DNA of 63,581 nucleotides, the filler included, from Octopus bimaculoides (taxonomy: Eukaryota), in NCBI RefSeq assembly GCF_001194135.2. It is 7 parts of 6 records of this genome, joined end to end, with 100 filler letters (N's around TTAATTAATTAA, not from the genome) between each part and the next. Parts side by side here need not be neighbours in the genome. Positions count along the whole stretch, not along the records: positions 12,928 to 32,555 come from NC_068981.1; 6 more parts are not named here. One strand, given 5' to 3'. The notes below the pieces were generated by a model. That model did no database searches. It was not told the DNA's origin and saw nothing but the letters and a program-made list of their open reading frames with translations. Shown here one piece after another: positions 12,872 to 26,438 of the stretch. The position numbers were made by a program, and so were the translations under genes. The first letter of the stretch is position 1, and each line of letters opens with the position of its first letter.

Positions 12872-12883
12872 TTAATTAATTAA
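12872..12883. other. Assembly gap marker TTAATTAATTAA (also 32600, 49302, 53053, 55374, 61440)
   Basis: Identical 12-mer centred in 100-bp N blocks, with stop codons in all six frames. Confidence 0.95.
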
Positions 12884-12937
12884 NNNNNNNNNNNNNNNNN
12901 NNNNNNNNNNNNNNNNNNNNNNNNNNNATATATATAT

Positions 12938-13121
12938 AAGTGATGGCTTGTTGCCAACTTAATGTGGCAGTCCTAGGAAAAGAATGTTACTGTTATTTAG
13001 ACCCAAGAAATACCGTTTCTAGTTGGCTGCGCGATACAAGCAGTGTTTCTTGGGGCTAAATAACATAACAGCCTTCCCTTTCCTGGGACTGCCACATTAA
13101 GTTGGCAACAAGCCATTACTT
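12938..13121. repeat. Long inverted repeat (about 184 bp), MITE-like fold-back
   Basis: GTGATGGCTTGTTGCCAACTTAATGTGGCAGTCC...GGACTGCCACATTAAGTTGGCAACAAGCCATTAC, with about 70-bp arms. Confidence 0.75.
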
Positions 13122-14707
13122 TATCGTGCTGTTACTGCATAACTCTCTCTGAGAGATTTAGAAATGTAATGTATATATATTTACAAGACAGGCTTGGTGA
13201 CCTGATAGAGGTTTGTGTTGTTTTTTAATGAGATTTTTATATTTTGTATATAAGTGGATGGCTGAAATCAATGGTTCTTAGAATGATGCGTGTACCCATT
13301 TTTGTCGTTGATTTGAAGAGAATATATGAATTAGGTATTTTAATTATTACTAAAATGCTTGAAGGTGTGAATGAGATGGTGATAAATCTGTGTCGCTCCT
13401 TCATTTGGGGATTTTTGGGGACTTAAAATCGTTGATTGTTTATCAGTTCCCAAATTCTAGAGATTTGGGCCTAGTAATTATAGATATTGGTTAATGCAAT
13501 AATTCCTTCAGGAGTTTTAGGCGTATGTTTGAGTTTTTAGATTTCTCTATCACTTTTCTTGTACCTGATGGAAAAAGTAAGAATCTAGGCAGGAAGTACG
13601 TATTTCCATTTGTGTTCCTGTCTTCTTTCCATGGTTTTTGTTAGTCGATTTTTGTAAAATTAACAATGTCTGTCGACGTTATTGAGGTTATCCTATTTGG
13701 GAGTATGTTGAAGCTGTTGCTAATTACTTTGAATTATTATTGTTTTGAATTTAAGGTGACGTGTGCTGCGTGTTAATGAGTTACTTCAATTCATTTAATG
13801 TAAAACACTAGTGTTTTAGCTTGATTGTTTGAATTAGTTAGTAGCAGAGTAGATCTAATACTCCGCCCAGTTTAGCAATTGGATACCTTCAGTCAACAGG
13901 TTTCTCTTTGGTATAAGCCTTCGGAGCAGGCTTTCGCTTTATTGATTACATAGTTTCTCTATATAGCGTTTTTGATTGCTGTTTCTCTTTTGTAGTGTCA
14001 CTCTTGTAACGTCAGAGGAAATGCAAGAGAGAGGTTACTATCCAAAAAGGCGTTGCCGCTCTCATGAGTAGCACTTCAGTAAGTTGCCTTTTCATCTGAC
14101 ACATAAGCCTGTACTACTTTCCAGCACGTAACATCTCCAGTAAGTATATAATTTTAAGAGGCCTACCCACGGATACTGATTTACATTTGAACTGATCTAA
14201 GTTGTACATAGTAGTAACTCTTGAGTCATAGATTTCACCAAATATTCTCCGACTATGAACAATGAAAACACGCGGCGCGTTCAATTTTCTGAAAATTCTA
14301 AATACACAAATACATTTCAACTTGAATTTGGTCAGCGTCCACCTACTACCTCTTACTAACGCACAAGCTATACACCTTCCTCTCATTTCTGCTGTTCAAG
14401 TTACACTCCATATTCAACTTTACTCCAAAAGATGGTGTCAGCCTTTTCGTAGAATCCACTCTGACCGCTCTCACTTGAATTCCAGCAATTACAACTGCTG
14501 TTCACTTTTGACTTGAATCCTCATCTTTCTCAATATGAAATGTCTGCACTAGTTAGTATGCATACATATGAACAAATGCTACATATGTATAATTAATAGA
14601 AATACCACCAAATGCATTTGATAACTTCCTCACATCAAAATCTAGCTTTTATCAATTTATCATCGTTTCTGCGTTAATCGGAAAGCATGACCACTACCTA
14701 ATCAAGG

Positions 14708-14743
<36 letters not shown>

Positions 14744-17457
14744 NNNNNNNNNNNNNNNNNNNNNNNNNNNNNNNNNNNNNNNNNNNNNNNNNNNNNNNNN
14801 NNNNNNNNNNNNNNNNNNNNNNNNNNNNNNNNNNNNNNNNNNNNNNNNNNNNNNNNNNNNNNNNNNNNNNNNNNNNNNNNNNNNNNNNNNNNNNNNNNNN
14901 NNNNNNNNNNNNNNNNNNNNNNNNNNNNNNNNNNNNNNNNNNNNNNNNNNNNNNNNNNNNNNNNNNNNNNNNNNNNNNNNNNNNNNNNNNNNNNNNNNNN
15001 NNNNNNNNNNNNNNNNNNNNNNNNNNNNNNNNNNNNNNNNNNNNNNNNNNNNNNNNNNNNNNNNNNNNNNNNNNNNNNNNNNNNNNNNNNNNNNNNNNNN
15101 NNNNNNNNNNNNNNNNNNNNNNNNNNNNNNNNNNNNNNNNNNNNNNNNNNNNNNNNNNNNNNNNNNNNNNNNNNNNNNNNNNNNNNNNNNNNNNNNNNNN
15201 NNNNNNNNNNNNNNNNNNNNNNNNNNNNNNNNNNNNNNNNNNNNNNNNNNNNNNNNNNNNNNNNNNNNNNNNNNNNNNNNNNNNNNNNNNNNNNNNNNNN
15301 NNNNNNNNNNNNNNNNNNNNNNNNNNNNNNNNNNNNNNNNNNNNNNNNNNNNNNNNNNNNNNNNNNNNNNNNNNNNNNNNNNNNNNNNNNNNNNNNNNNN
15401 NNNNNNNNNNNNNNNNNNNNNNNNNNNNNNNNNNNNNNNNNNNNNNNNNNNNNNNNNNNNNNNNNNNNNNNNNNNNNNNNNNNNNNNNNNNNNNNNNNNN
15501 NNNNNNNNNNNNNNNNNNNNNNNNNNNNNNNNNNNNNNNNNNNNNNNNNNNNNNNNNNNNNNNNNNNNNNNNNNNNNNNNNNNNNNNNNNNNNNNNNNNN
15601 NNNNNNNNNNNNNNNNNNNNNNNNNNNNNNNNNNNNNNNNNNNNNNNNNNNNNNNNNNNNNNNNNNNNNNNNNNNNNNNNNNNTAGTGGTGGGTACTACT
15701 AACCAAAAAGTTAACTTCACTAACCGCTAAGTAGGTTAAAAATTAGCGGATGCTTACGCTAAATGATAACCGTTAACTTTTATCATATGACTATAGTTTC
15801 GGTTTGCTTTTTTGGGGGCTGTAAAACCCCTAAAAAACAGACTTACAGAGCTGAAATTTCCATGTTGTATCTTAGACATAGAGCTTTCCAAAAAGGTATA
15901 GCATGCCAAGATCAGATGATGATCAAGGTGTACTACTCTGACTGGGCCTTCTCCATCGCCTCGACGTGATGCTGGCTGCCCTTCATAAATATCAACCTGA
16001 CAGCATGGCTCTCTTGGCTCTCAAAATACCTTTACCTGTAGAGAATAGGCACTCAACTGCAGCACTGGATGGGATGACGGTGTTATACTCGGTGAACAGG
16101 TCAATCAAGACCTGCTCAACCAAAAAGGCGACTTCAGAAGGATCTCCTTTGAGACGGCTTCTAGCCAGGTCTTTACCAAGTTCTGCACCTTGGATTTCAG
16201 TAACCTGTAGCTCCTTCTCTCCCGGAACCGAGTGATGTTTCTGAAGAAATCATTTTCCTCATCCTTATTGCTGTTGGTGGTGCTGCCCTCTTCCTTTGGT
16301 CTCCATTAGGGCTGTAAGGCAGCGGTCAGCTGGCACACCAGGTCTTCTAGGAGGATCCCAAACCTTTTCGTGATGCCTGCATGAGTGCCAGTATCGCACC
16401 TACCAGAGGACTGCAGTATAGGAGATGTTTGAACTTGGCCTCCTTTGACTTCATGACGGTAGCCGCTACAGTTGGCAGAATGCTCCCGAAATAATCCTGG
16501 TACTCCCCTTGGATCTTATCCAAGGCCTTGGAAACATTAGACATCACCTAGGCGTACTCTATCAGGAAGCCGACATCAGAATCAGTGAAGGTTTGAAGCT
16601 TCAGCTGTGTCATCACCCTGTGGACAGATCCTCTATTCTCCTCCAGCAGATCCTCTATTCTCCTCCAGACAACAACAGAGCCATTTGTAGAGTTCCATCT
16701 TGTACTGATAGGGACCACCAACCTCCTCTTCAACGCATCCAGAATGCTGTCTGCCGCCACCGTACTGCAGCTCTGCAGATTCCGCAGTCGCTGAGCCTTG
16801 GACATGGCCTTCCTCAAGGCCGACTTGAACGAAGCGCTGTCAAGAGCCTTGCCGGCATCCATGCTGGCTACCAAGTTAAAGGTATGGGTGCACACTTCAT
16901 GTGCACAAGAAGGTTTAGGCCCAGGCCGCTGGACTCATCAAAGATGACATCAACAGAGATGTACTCAACCTTGTTCACATCCCAGCCTCGAAATTCAAGT
17001 TTAGGTCTACATCCTCGACGTCCTCCACGTCCGGATCGGCAGCAGCCTCAGGAATGTCTGGCAAGAGTTGAACTTCTGTACCAAACTGCATAAATGCCTT
17101 AACAAAGTTTTTGCCGTTGTTCGTTATGGTCCTGGTCACCTTGTCTTGCAGATGGAACTTGTAATGGATGTCCCTCATGGCCTGGGCGAGAACATCAAAA
17201 GTGTGATGTCCTCTGAATCGAGAGCAGGCCAGAACGGCGAGTTCTCTCGTGTGGGTCTTGGAGTCCAGCCAGTGTGTCGTCATCCTCAAATAGGACCTAT
17301 TGTAGGCCGACCAACAGTCCGCGGTGAAGCAATCTGTAATTAAAAAAATGTTAAATTGCAAATAGATATAAGTTGTAAAGTTAAAAGCTTAAAATTATAT
17401 ATATGTATGTGTGTGTGTGTGTGTGTGTGTGCGTGTGTGTGTGTACTTGTGTGTCTG

Positions 17458-17630
17458 TGTTTGTCCCCCACATCGCTTGACAACCGATGTTGGTGTGTTT
17501 ATGTCCGCGTAACTTAGCGGTTCAGCAATAAGAGGCCGATAGAATAAGTACTAGGCTTACAAAGAATAAGACCTGGCGTCGATTTGTTTGACTAAAGGCG
17601 GTGGTCAAATGACTGAAACAAATAAAGAAA
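17458..17630 (+). mobile_element. SINE-like repeat family C nested in the hAT
   Basis: Homologous to 10056-10258 with an internal deletion. Confidence 0.8.
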
Positions 17631-18305
17631 GAAACGAATATATATATAATCAAGGTGGTTAGCAGCAATTTAAACCCAACAAGGAAATAATTCACCGTCA
17701 ATAAGAGCGACAAGAGTGCAGTGATCACCAACATTGCTTGAAATAGGTGTCGTAGACTCCTTAGACACAAAAGCATATGGTCTCACTGTATTGTCAGGGG
17801 AGAAAACCCTCCCCACGCTGAGCGAGATGCATTAGATTAGCATACTAATTTTGTATATACCATTACAGCTGGTAGAGGACAACTCACCCTGTTAATATTA
17901 AGTAAAAAAAAAAAACTAGCTTCTCATCCGCATCTCCATGCAAGCTGCAAGGGTTTTTATGAGTATGTGGTTTGCACAATTTTTCACGGGTAGGAAGGTG
18001 GCAGGACATTTAATCGCAGTATCTTATAATCATATTCTGTTTATAGAAATCACACAGATTGTAGTTTAACTTTTGTTACTGGGTTGTTCTAAATTCATGG
18101 AAATATTGCTTATAGTTTAAAACTTTGATATTAAACTTTTGAAAATAGTGACGCTACCTTGATACGTGACGTGTTGAGGGTGATGAATAACTGAGATAAG
18201 GAATGGAATGATGGTTGGAATTTGATAAGTTCAGAACTTGAGATTCGTTTATTCGTTATTTCATAAAAGGTTGCTGTTTTAGCTGTGCAGACTTAATCAT
18301 GCGTG

Positions 18306-18341
<36 letters not shown>

Positions 18342-18569
18342 GTATATTTCTTCTATCTTAATGAATAAAAATTCTTCTGATAGAATAAATGAGTTAATAG
18401 AAACCAATGTAGCAAAGAACACAAAATAACTGTGGTTTAGTTCCTGTTTTTAAGGCAGGAACTCTTTGAAATTTTGGGTATTTGAGTATATTTAAGAATN
18501 NNNNNNNNNNNNNNNNNNNNNNNNNNNNNNNNNNNNNNNNNNNNNNNNNNNNNNNNNNNNNNNNNNNNN

Positions 18570-18648
18570 CATATGTTTCAAAGGATTACAACCTGTGTGA
18601 TCCATAGGGATCTTTGATATTAAAATTGTAACCTTCTCATCAGGGAAA
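18570..18648 (-). ncRNA. Hammerhead ribozyme with extended helix II, nested in the hAT intron (3' part in gap)
   Basis: TTCC-CTGATGA(18643-18637)-GAAGGTTACAA...TTGTAATCCTTT-GAAAC-ATATG, then N. CATATG is the centre of a palindromic helix III. Confidence 0.7.
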
Positions 18649-18854
18649 GCATGGGAATCATCTTAAACGTAAGACATTATGACCGATTATGAAAACAATA
18701 GATGGATAAGGTTATGACTTGATTCATTTGAAAAAAAAACGTTAGAGAATTGGACGCTGCCGGATAGTGGGTTGGACAACACATACCAATAAATGTGTGA
18801 GAGCGTACATGCATACATAAATACACATACACAAACACACACATGCATACTGAT

Positions 18855-18886
<32 letters not shown>

Positions 18887-19471
18887 GTATATACATATAC
18901 ATACATATGTGCACTTGTATATACATATAATCCCTTTACGTAAGGACAAAGTAGTCCTCCATATGGGGCCACGAGTTCTGGCTCTCAACCTGAGCGACTT
19001 CTGCCTCACTCACAGCCATTGCAGACTCCTCAACAAGCCCTTCATCCTCAGGCCGAAGAAAAACGTCTTCACCTTCCATAACGATAAGCGATAACTTGAT
19101 AAGCCGATGGCGTACACTGCTGTCGCTGACACTGTAAGACTGTCTGTTATGTGACAACGTCGTAAGTGAACACAACTCAAAACTGCAGAATTACACAATA
19201 CTGCTCAGCTAGCTGCTGCTACGTAGACCAATCATGTGTTCACGTAGTCAGCCAATAGCGTACCTGACGGACTCTTCGAGACACGCCCACAACAGACAGG
19301 AACAAACGTATGAATTTTGTCAGCAGACTTAAAGTTAGCGGAACTAAATTTAGCGGAAGCTAATTGGTCCACTAACGGTTTCCAAAGTTAGCGAAAACGC
19401 TAATCGCTAAACGAGAAGTTAGCTTTGCTAATTAGCTGTCAGAGGATTAGCGGAACCGTGTCCACTATTGT

Positions 19472-19510
<39 letters not shown>

Positions 19511-19712
19511 CACANNNNNNNNNNNNNNNNNNNNNNNNNNNNNNNNNNNNNNNNNNNNNNNNNNNNNNNNNNNNNNNNNNNNNNNNNNNNNNNNNNNNNN
19601 NNNNNNNNNNNNNNNNNNNNNNNNNNNNNNNNNNNNNNNNNNNNNNNNNNNNNNNNNNNNNNNNNNNNNNNNNNNNNNNNNNNNNNNNNNNNNNNNNNNN
19701 NNNNNNNNNNNN

Positions 19713-19747
<35 letters not shown>

Positions 19748-22322
19748 TGATGCATTCTTTACTCCACTTTAACGTGTTTAACGCAAGTCTCCTTAATGCT
19801 CTATTTAAGCGGAACACGCTACGCCTTTACTATCACCAAGAGCAGAGGTCTTGAGAAAAGGCTTCAAGAAGGACACGTCAGCTTTGTATCGCATACACTC
19901 TGTAATTTCAAATCATTTAAATGCATGATCAAACAGTTGTTGGTGATGTGTATGTGCCACATACATATAACATTGCCATAATTTTATGACAAAAATTAGG
20001 ATTCCTTTTTAGAACCAGGAAATGTCTTCACTTTGAGCTACCTGTCACTCTACTTTTCCAATATTTTCCCCTTTCTCTCTCCCTCACACATATGCAATTG
20101 ATTTTTGCAATATTTTTTTTTTATTTGTATATAACAATTTTCAAATAATACATTGATTTCTAAATAATTGTTAATCATATGTGTATATGCAGATATTTGG
20201 TAATATATTTTGATAATATAATTTCTTTTTTTTTGTTACAAAGGAATTAGAAGACATGTAAATAAAATATGACAATCGTACTTTTATAGAGTGTATTTAT
20301 AAATTGTATATCTTGTATAGTGAATCATTTCATGAGAAATATAAACAGCATCGTTAAATATTTACAGTTCAATATTGAGCATTCCTATCATGTTAAAAAC
20401 CATAAAATTATATATAACGTTAGGTTATATTATTCAGCGAACTTTTCGTAAGATAATTGAACTATTTAATTTTCACTAGTTGTTGTGTTAACACACTTAA
20501 AGACAGTTCTCTTCTTCAGCCACAGTAATTTATTCATAACCGCTGTAATAACCTAATGTGTCTTTATTTCCTATATAGTATTATATGATATTACTTGCAC
20601 GAATGAAAGCAGTCACACACGCTTTTGTTTAAAAAATATATCAATTCTTAATCTTAGCTGTCTATCGAGTTTTAATGAGGCTGATAAAAGTAAAATATCT
20701 TTTTTGTATTTTGTAAATTCAGATTTGCTATACATATCTATGCGACGAGTAGCATCCTCGTTCATAATTCAGCATTCTTCTGCATTTTTAGATATTATTT
20801 TTTATATTGGTAACATTTCAGTTATTAACTAAAACTAAATACAAAAGGCAAAGCAAATAAAATATTGTCCTTTCTTCATGTTAACCCAACCGTCGTTCGC
20901 ATATCCATGCTCAAGGAAACAATGATTTCTGAGAGTTAGCTTCAATACTTCAAAACGCTGAACAATTCAATTCATATACCCGAATCCTATATTCCTCGAG
21001 CGATAACATTCTTTAAATATCTAAAAAGAAATCTTGTTTATTTCGTTTTTTTAAAAAAATTAACTCTTTCTTCATATTGCCTTTCCAATAGATATTTTTT
21101 TTGATATTTCTCTCGTCGAATGAGCCAGAGGTCCAGGTCATGTTTTCATTTGAGAAGCTCTACAACACAATCTCAATTTATGATTGGAACTCAACGAATC
21201 ACTTAAAATCTCCAATGAAATATTTTGATTAAATTTGTTATTTTTTTAACATGAAACATTTCGTTCTTATGTTCTACGCGAATCCAGTTTTTAAAAAATA
21301 GAGAAAGAAGAGATATAATTAGTTATTTTCCAAATAAATCTATAATTATTTTTTAAAAATCCCATTTCCAGGGACACCAGTGGGCTATAACGACGATTTC
21401 ATCAGCTTAAACAATTAATTCTCAATTGGTTTGCAATCTGAATCGATATCCTAATAAATTACTAAGGAAGTAAAACCAGTAACAGTACAATAATTTTCAC
21501 CATTACCACCACCACTACCACCACCACCGCTATCTCCAGCACCCATGTTAAACCGACATCAGCCACCACTGTTTCAATGACAAAACCAAAATGTTTTTTT
21601 AAAGAAATGGATTAAAACATTTTCTAGACATTCAAAAATATAAATCTATAAAATAAAAATGATTAAAAACAAATTCATTGAAAAAAATTAGGCAAGTATT
21701 ATGAACGAATCTTTATTATTATATTAAAAATGAACAGAAATTTGGTTCAACAACTTAAACATAAAACCTATTTAAACGATATAAGCTAGAAATGAATTGC
21801 TTAGTCTAAGGTTGTTTTCTTTCTTAAAATCTTTACATGGGTACAGTTTTGTAACTGTGTTGTTATTGCAGTATTTGTTTTTATCTGGTTATTTCAAGAA
21901 AACTGCATATGCTTACATACCTATAAATGTACGCATCTATATTTATATACCTTCATGCATGAGTATATACATGCTTGGTGCGTAATGGATGTATCGACGC
22001 AAGTCTGTTGCAAATGACTCAAAGCCTTTAGCTGGAAATCTTGGAAATATTTGGATATTTGAAAGCATATCTACACGCTAGCGAGCATACAATAAAGATA
22101 TTCTTTAAACGTTTTCATTGAATAAGTGTGACTTCTATTCATTGTTCTCTTGTTCTATGCACATGCAATTATAGATCCTGCTGTAGAAAACTGAAGAACA
22201 CTAATACACCAACAAAAGTTGCTAAGTTGCTATGGAAATTAAAGGAAACACCACTCTAGAAGTTGTAATAATATTAATTTCAAAAAGTTAATACACGCGT
22301 ATGAATGTATATATGTATGTGT

Positions 22323-22357
<35 letters not shown>

Positions 22358-22367
22358 CGCACACACG

Positions 22368-22414
<47 letters not shown>

Positions 22415-23374
22415 ACACACAGACACACAGACACACACACACAATGGGCAGTTTTTCTATTTGTAGTAGTAGTCTATGGCTATATTGTTAAGGCGTTCGT
22501 TACGCAACCATACAGCCATGCTGGGTACGAACGCATTGCGTGACACTTGAATCAAGTGTTCTCTATGTCTTGTGACTGAACTACGGGATATTTTGTGGTT
22601 GCTTGGAATAACGATAGAACCATAATTTTGAAGTTTCGTCGTCCTTATATTTCATTAAAATTTCTTTACTTCTCCCTTCTCAGCTGCTGAACACTAGTAG
22701 CGGGGACCTACATATTAAAATGTAAACAAGGTAATTTCACTGCGAGTTTAAATATATATCGGTAACATAACGAATATACATTTAACGTGTAGCTGGCCAC
22801 TCACTTCCTTTTAAGGCTGAACAGCAAACTCACTTCAAGAATTCTGGAAGAAACAAGAGATACAATTACATGTTAAGTAGAAGTAATTGAGTTGAAAGGA
22901 GTTTAAGAAAGGAAGTACTTCACTTGATAGAATCGGAACCAGCATACTTCATCTGGCAATGTTTTTAAAGTGCTGTGGTCAAGTTTTCATTTGCGAATCT
23001 TTTGCTGAGACAGCTATTTATTTGTCACTTGTGTAAACGCGAAGATAAAACTACAAATCCTCCAGATTTCGTAATTAATATTTCATAACGTTTGACAAAA
23101 CGTTGGAATTTTAAACCTTTACCCTTGGTTTTAGCCCCTGGGTTAAACTGGCTGCTTGTCCTTAAAATACTGAAAATATTTCCTCAGAAACATTTCGTAA
23201 TTCAGTATAGAATACCGCAATAATTATATAAGGTTACGAGCAGATGCTACGTAAGGTGTTAAAAGTAACAACAAAACTGATCTAGAGTTGTACAATGTAA
23301 CTATGGAATCAAAATAAATTAATGATATGACTAAAAGGAAAGACGTTTTGTGTTGTTTAAAGTTTAGTTTAAAG

Positions 23375-26300
23375 CATAGCTTCCCAAAGTGGACGATATC
23401 GCCCACCGGTGGGCGATTTCAACTTACAGGCGAGTGATGGACTAAATTCTAGAAAATGGTGGACGATTTGAGATTTTGGCGGGCGATATGAACATTTTGT
23501 GGGTGACAATGAATTTTTAGAAATTAAGTCTGAATTTACTGATATCTAGGCATGCCTAGAATAAGGATGCACTTTTATCGATTTGACTATACGCATGAGA
23601 TGTCGGTTTGCATTAAAAAGGCGGACTTGTTTATCGAATATTTTTGTCGCAGTCATTGAGATGGTTGTCATGTGTGCTAAAAATAGCAGCCAAATAGGCC
23701 TAAGCCTTAAATCACACTCTACCACAATTTTTTTTTTTTGGTGGGAGGCGCATAATCGTATGAAGTCCCGAGTATAGAATTCAAATTCGCAAAAAATTTT
23801 CTGAAAACTCCGAAAAATAAAAAAGTTATGAGCGGGTTAGATGTCGTGCGTAATTTTGTGGTTTCATATCAAAACACAAGTGCTATTTTCAGGATGTTAA
23901 CAAAATGTGCAGTCAGACACAAAATGACAGCTTTGTAATCGTGTTTCTTGACTGTGGGAAAATAATCAAACATTAAGCCTCTATAACTTTTTAAAAACAT
24001 TTTTCTGGAAAAAGTTGAATAACTCCAGCAATTTTGCTTGGAAAGGTATATTAATGAGTCAAATTTTAAAATTTTCGATAAACTTTAATTTTTGAAATGC
24101 TGGCAGCCAAACGAACTAGATCCATATTTGCTCCAGTAAATACGTGTCATCTGACTCTGCTCTATTGACGTCTTCTCTTTGGAAATACCATATTGCCTTT
24201 CTGACGCCATCTGTAGAAATTCGTTTTCATATTTTCACTTTACTGATGCCTCCAGTGAAGAAAATTTGTCGACAGTAAAGNNNNNNNNNNNNNNNNNNNN
24301 NNNNNNNNNNNNNNNNNNNNNNNNNNNNNNNNNNNNNNGGATTTATTCCCTCTCCTCAGAACTGGTCAGTTACCTAGGTGCCTCCTTTGCCATCAAACAT
24401 TGACCAACGAAGCAATGAAACCTTCACGCTTGAAGTACAACTTTGGTGCAAAGCATTCTGAGAAGAAGGACAAGCCGTTATCATACTTTTTGCATCTGAG
24501 CTCCTCTTTCAAAAAGCAAATACAAACGTTCAATACGCTACTCCAGGAAACTAGTAAACAGGAGAATGACGGGTTGATTGCATCGTACAACATTGCATTA
24601 CTTGTTGCTAAGTCTGGGAAGTTTCACACAATTGGAGAAACATTACTTCGCCCAGTTATTGAAGAGGTTTTGTCAAACGTTATGCACGAAAACCCGATAA
24701 CATTATGAAGAAGATCCCACTTAGTAATAACACAACTTCTCGACGCATCCATGAAATGGCCAACGATGTCAAACATCAGCTCATTAATATTCTCCAGTGT
24801 TCTGAAATTTCTATACAAGTGGATGAATCAGTTGTTGTGGGCAATCAATGTTTGATGATGGTATATGTTCGGTATTTAAGCGAAGACCTTCAACCTTGTG
24901 AGGAATTGTTGTTCACAGAGAAATTGCCGCTTGATTCAAAAGGTGCAACTATTTTTCACATTCTCAAGTTTTTCCTTTTTAAGCATAATATCCTACTCAG
25001 TAATATTCTTGCCTGTGCGTCTGATGGAGCCCCTTCAGTGATAGGGAGATACAGAGGTTTTTCATCTTTCTTAGAGTGTGAAATTTCCCACCAGGTACTA
25101 ACTGTTCATTGCTTGGCACACCGGCATCATTTAGTGGCAAAAAATATGAACAGTAGATTGAATGATGTGCTAAAGTTAGTTATCAAGACTGTGAACAAAT
25201 GGAAGTCCAGTCCCTTGTCTGATCGAATTTTCCGTCAACTATGTCTGAGAAATGATGAGGACTATACTAAACTCTTATACCATACCGAAGTGCAAGTCTC
25301 CTCGTTGTCACAACCAGTCCAATTTGGACTGTTTCACATAATCATATCATTCGTTGAAGATACTCCACGCTCCGCTTCATTGATGACTGCAAGGTGCGAT
25401 ATCTTTTTTCTTTGTGATATATTCACAAAATTAAATGATTTGAATATGATATTGCAAAGAAACAGAAAATTTCTCGTTGATTGTAAATCATTTATCACTA
25501 CATTCATTTAGAAATTGGTATTGTATATGACTAACATTTCAAAACGTCAGTTCCATCAATTTCCACAACTTGATTCTTTGAAAGATGAATTGGTTGATGA
25601 AGACTTATCTACATATCGCAAATATTTACAATCATTGCATGATAACGTGGTGAACCGATTTCAAGATGTTATTGCGCTGAATATTCCAAATTGGTATAGC
25701 AAACCGTTTGAGGTCAATGCAGTCGATTGCGAGGATGATGTTCAGGAGGAATTGATAGCGTTACAAAATGACAATTGCACCACAATGCGATATCGCCGTA
25801 ATGGCAAAGAAAGGTTGTGGTACCATCAGAGTATATTGAATTCCTACCCCAGTCTGTGGAAACATCTGAAATTATTTTGCTTGCCTTCACTTCCTCATAC
25901 CTGGTTGAATCTGGTTTTAACCATGTTGGAACTTTATTTTCCCATAAAAGAATTGAACTGGATGTGACACAACGAGGAGACTTGGGGCTAAAGTTGACAA
26001 GTTTGAAACCGAATGTATCTGCACTAGCTGCATCGCACCAGACACATGGTTCTCATTAACTATTTTTGCATTGGTAGTTCTGATCAATGGTTCTTTTGGG
26101 AAAAATGAAAATCAGTGTAAAAGAAAGCACAAGTTTCCAAAAGTTAATCTGTCTGCATAATATAGAGTTAACGTTAGAATTTTATTCACACTAATGGCAT
26201 AACTAAACCCACAATAAGTGATTTGAAAACAACCGCATATTTAGTCCAAACGGCACTAACAAGGCAACGACTCTACGATATAGTGTGTGTCAAATGATAC

Positions 26301-26438
26301 GAGGGGGTTTTCCTAGGGGATTTTGTGTTGGTGGGGGGTTATGTCAGGTTTTTTTTTTACACAGGTGGGTGATGGAACATTTTTTGGCCAATAAATGGGC
26401 GATATTGCAATTTTGTGCGAAAAGTTTGGGAAACATTG
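23375..26438 (+). mobile_element. Complete hAT Buster/Charlie transposon, transposase frameshifted
   Basis: TIRs are CATAGCTTCCCAAA / TTTGGGAAACATTG. The perfect 8-bp TSD GTTTAAAG (23367-23374 and 26439-26446) has the Buster-typical central TA. ORFs 24400-26059 give SIQVDES, CASDGAPSV, VHCLAHRHHL and SSYLVESGF...RGDL. Confidence 0.92.

Larger units (their letters stand above)
15684..19470 (-). mobile_element. hAT DNA transposon (Ac/ZBED-type), intron-containing, inactivated
   Basis: Pieces: WPHMEDYFVL (about 18950), DCWS...HWLD...TNNGKNFVKAF (16975-17340), CTHTFNL and TRWNS (16548-16895), YNTVIPSSAAVECLFS (about 16040-16090). Imperfect TIRs are TAGTGGTGGGTAC / GTGTCCACTATTG, with dense GCTAA/TTAGC subterminal motifs. 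The left end abuts a gap, so the TSD cannot be tested. Confidence 0.85.
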
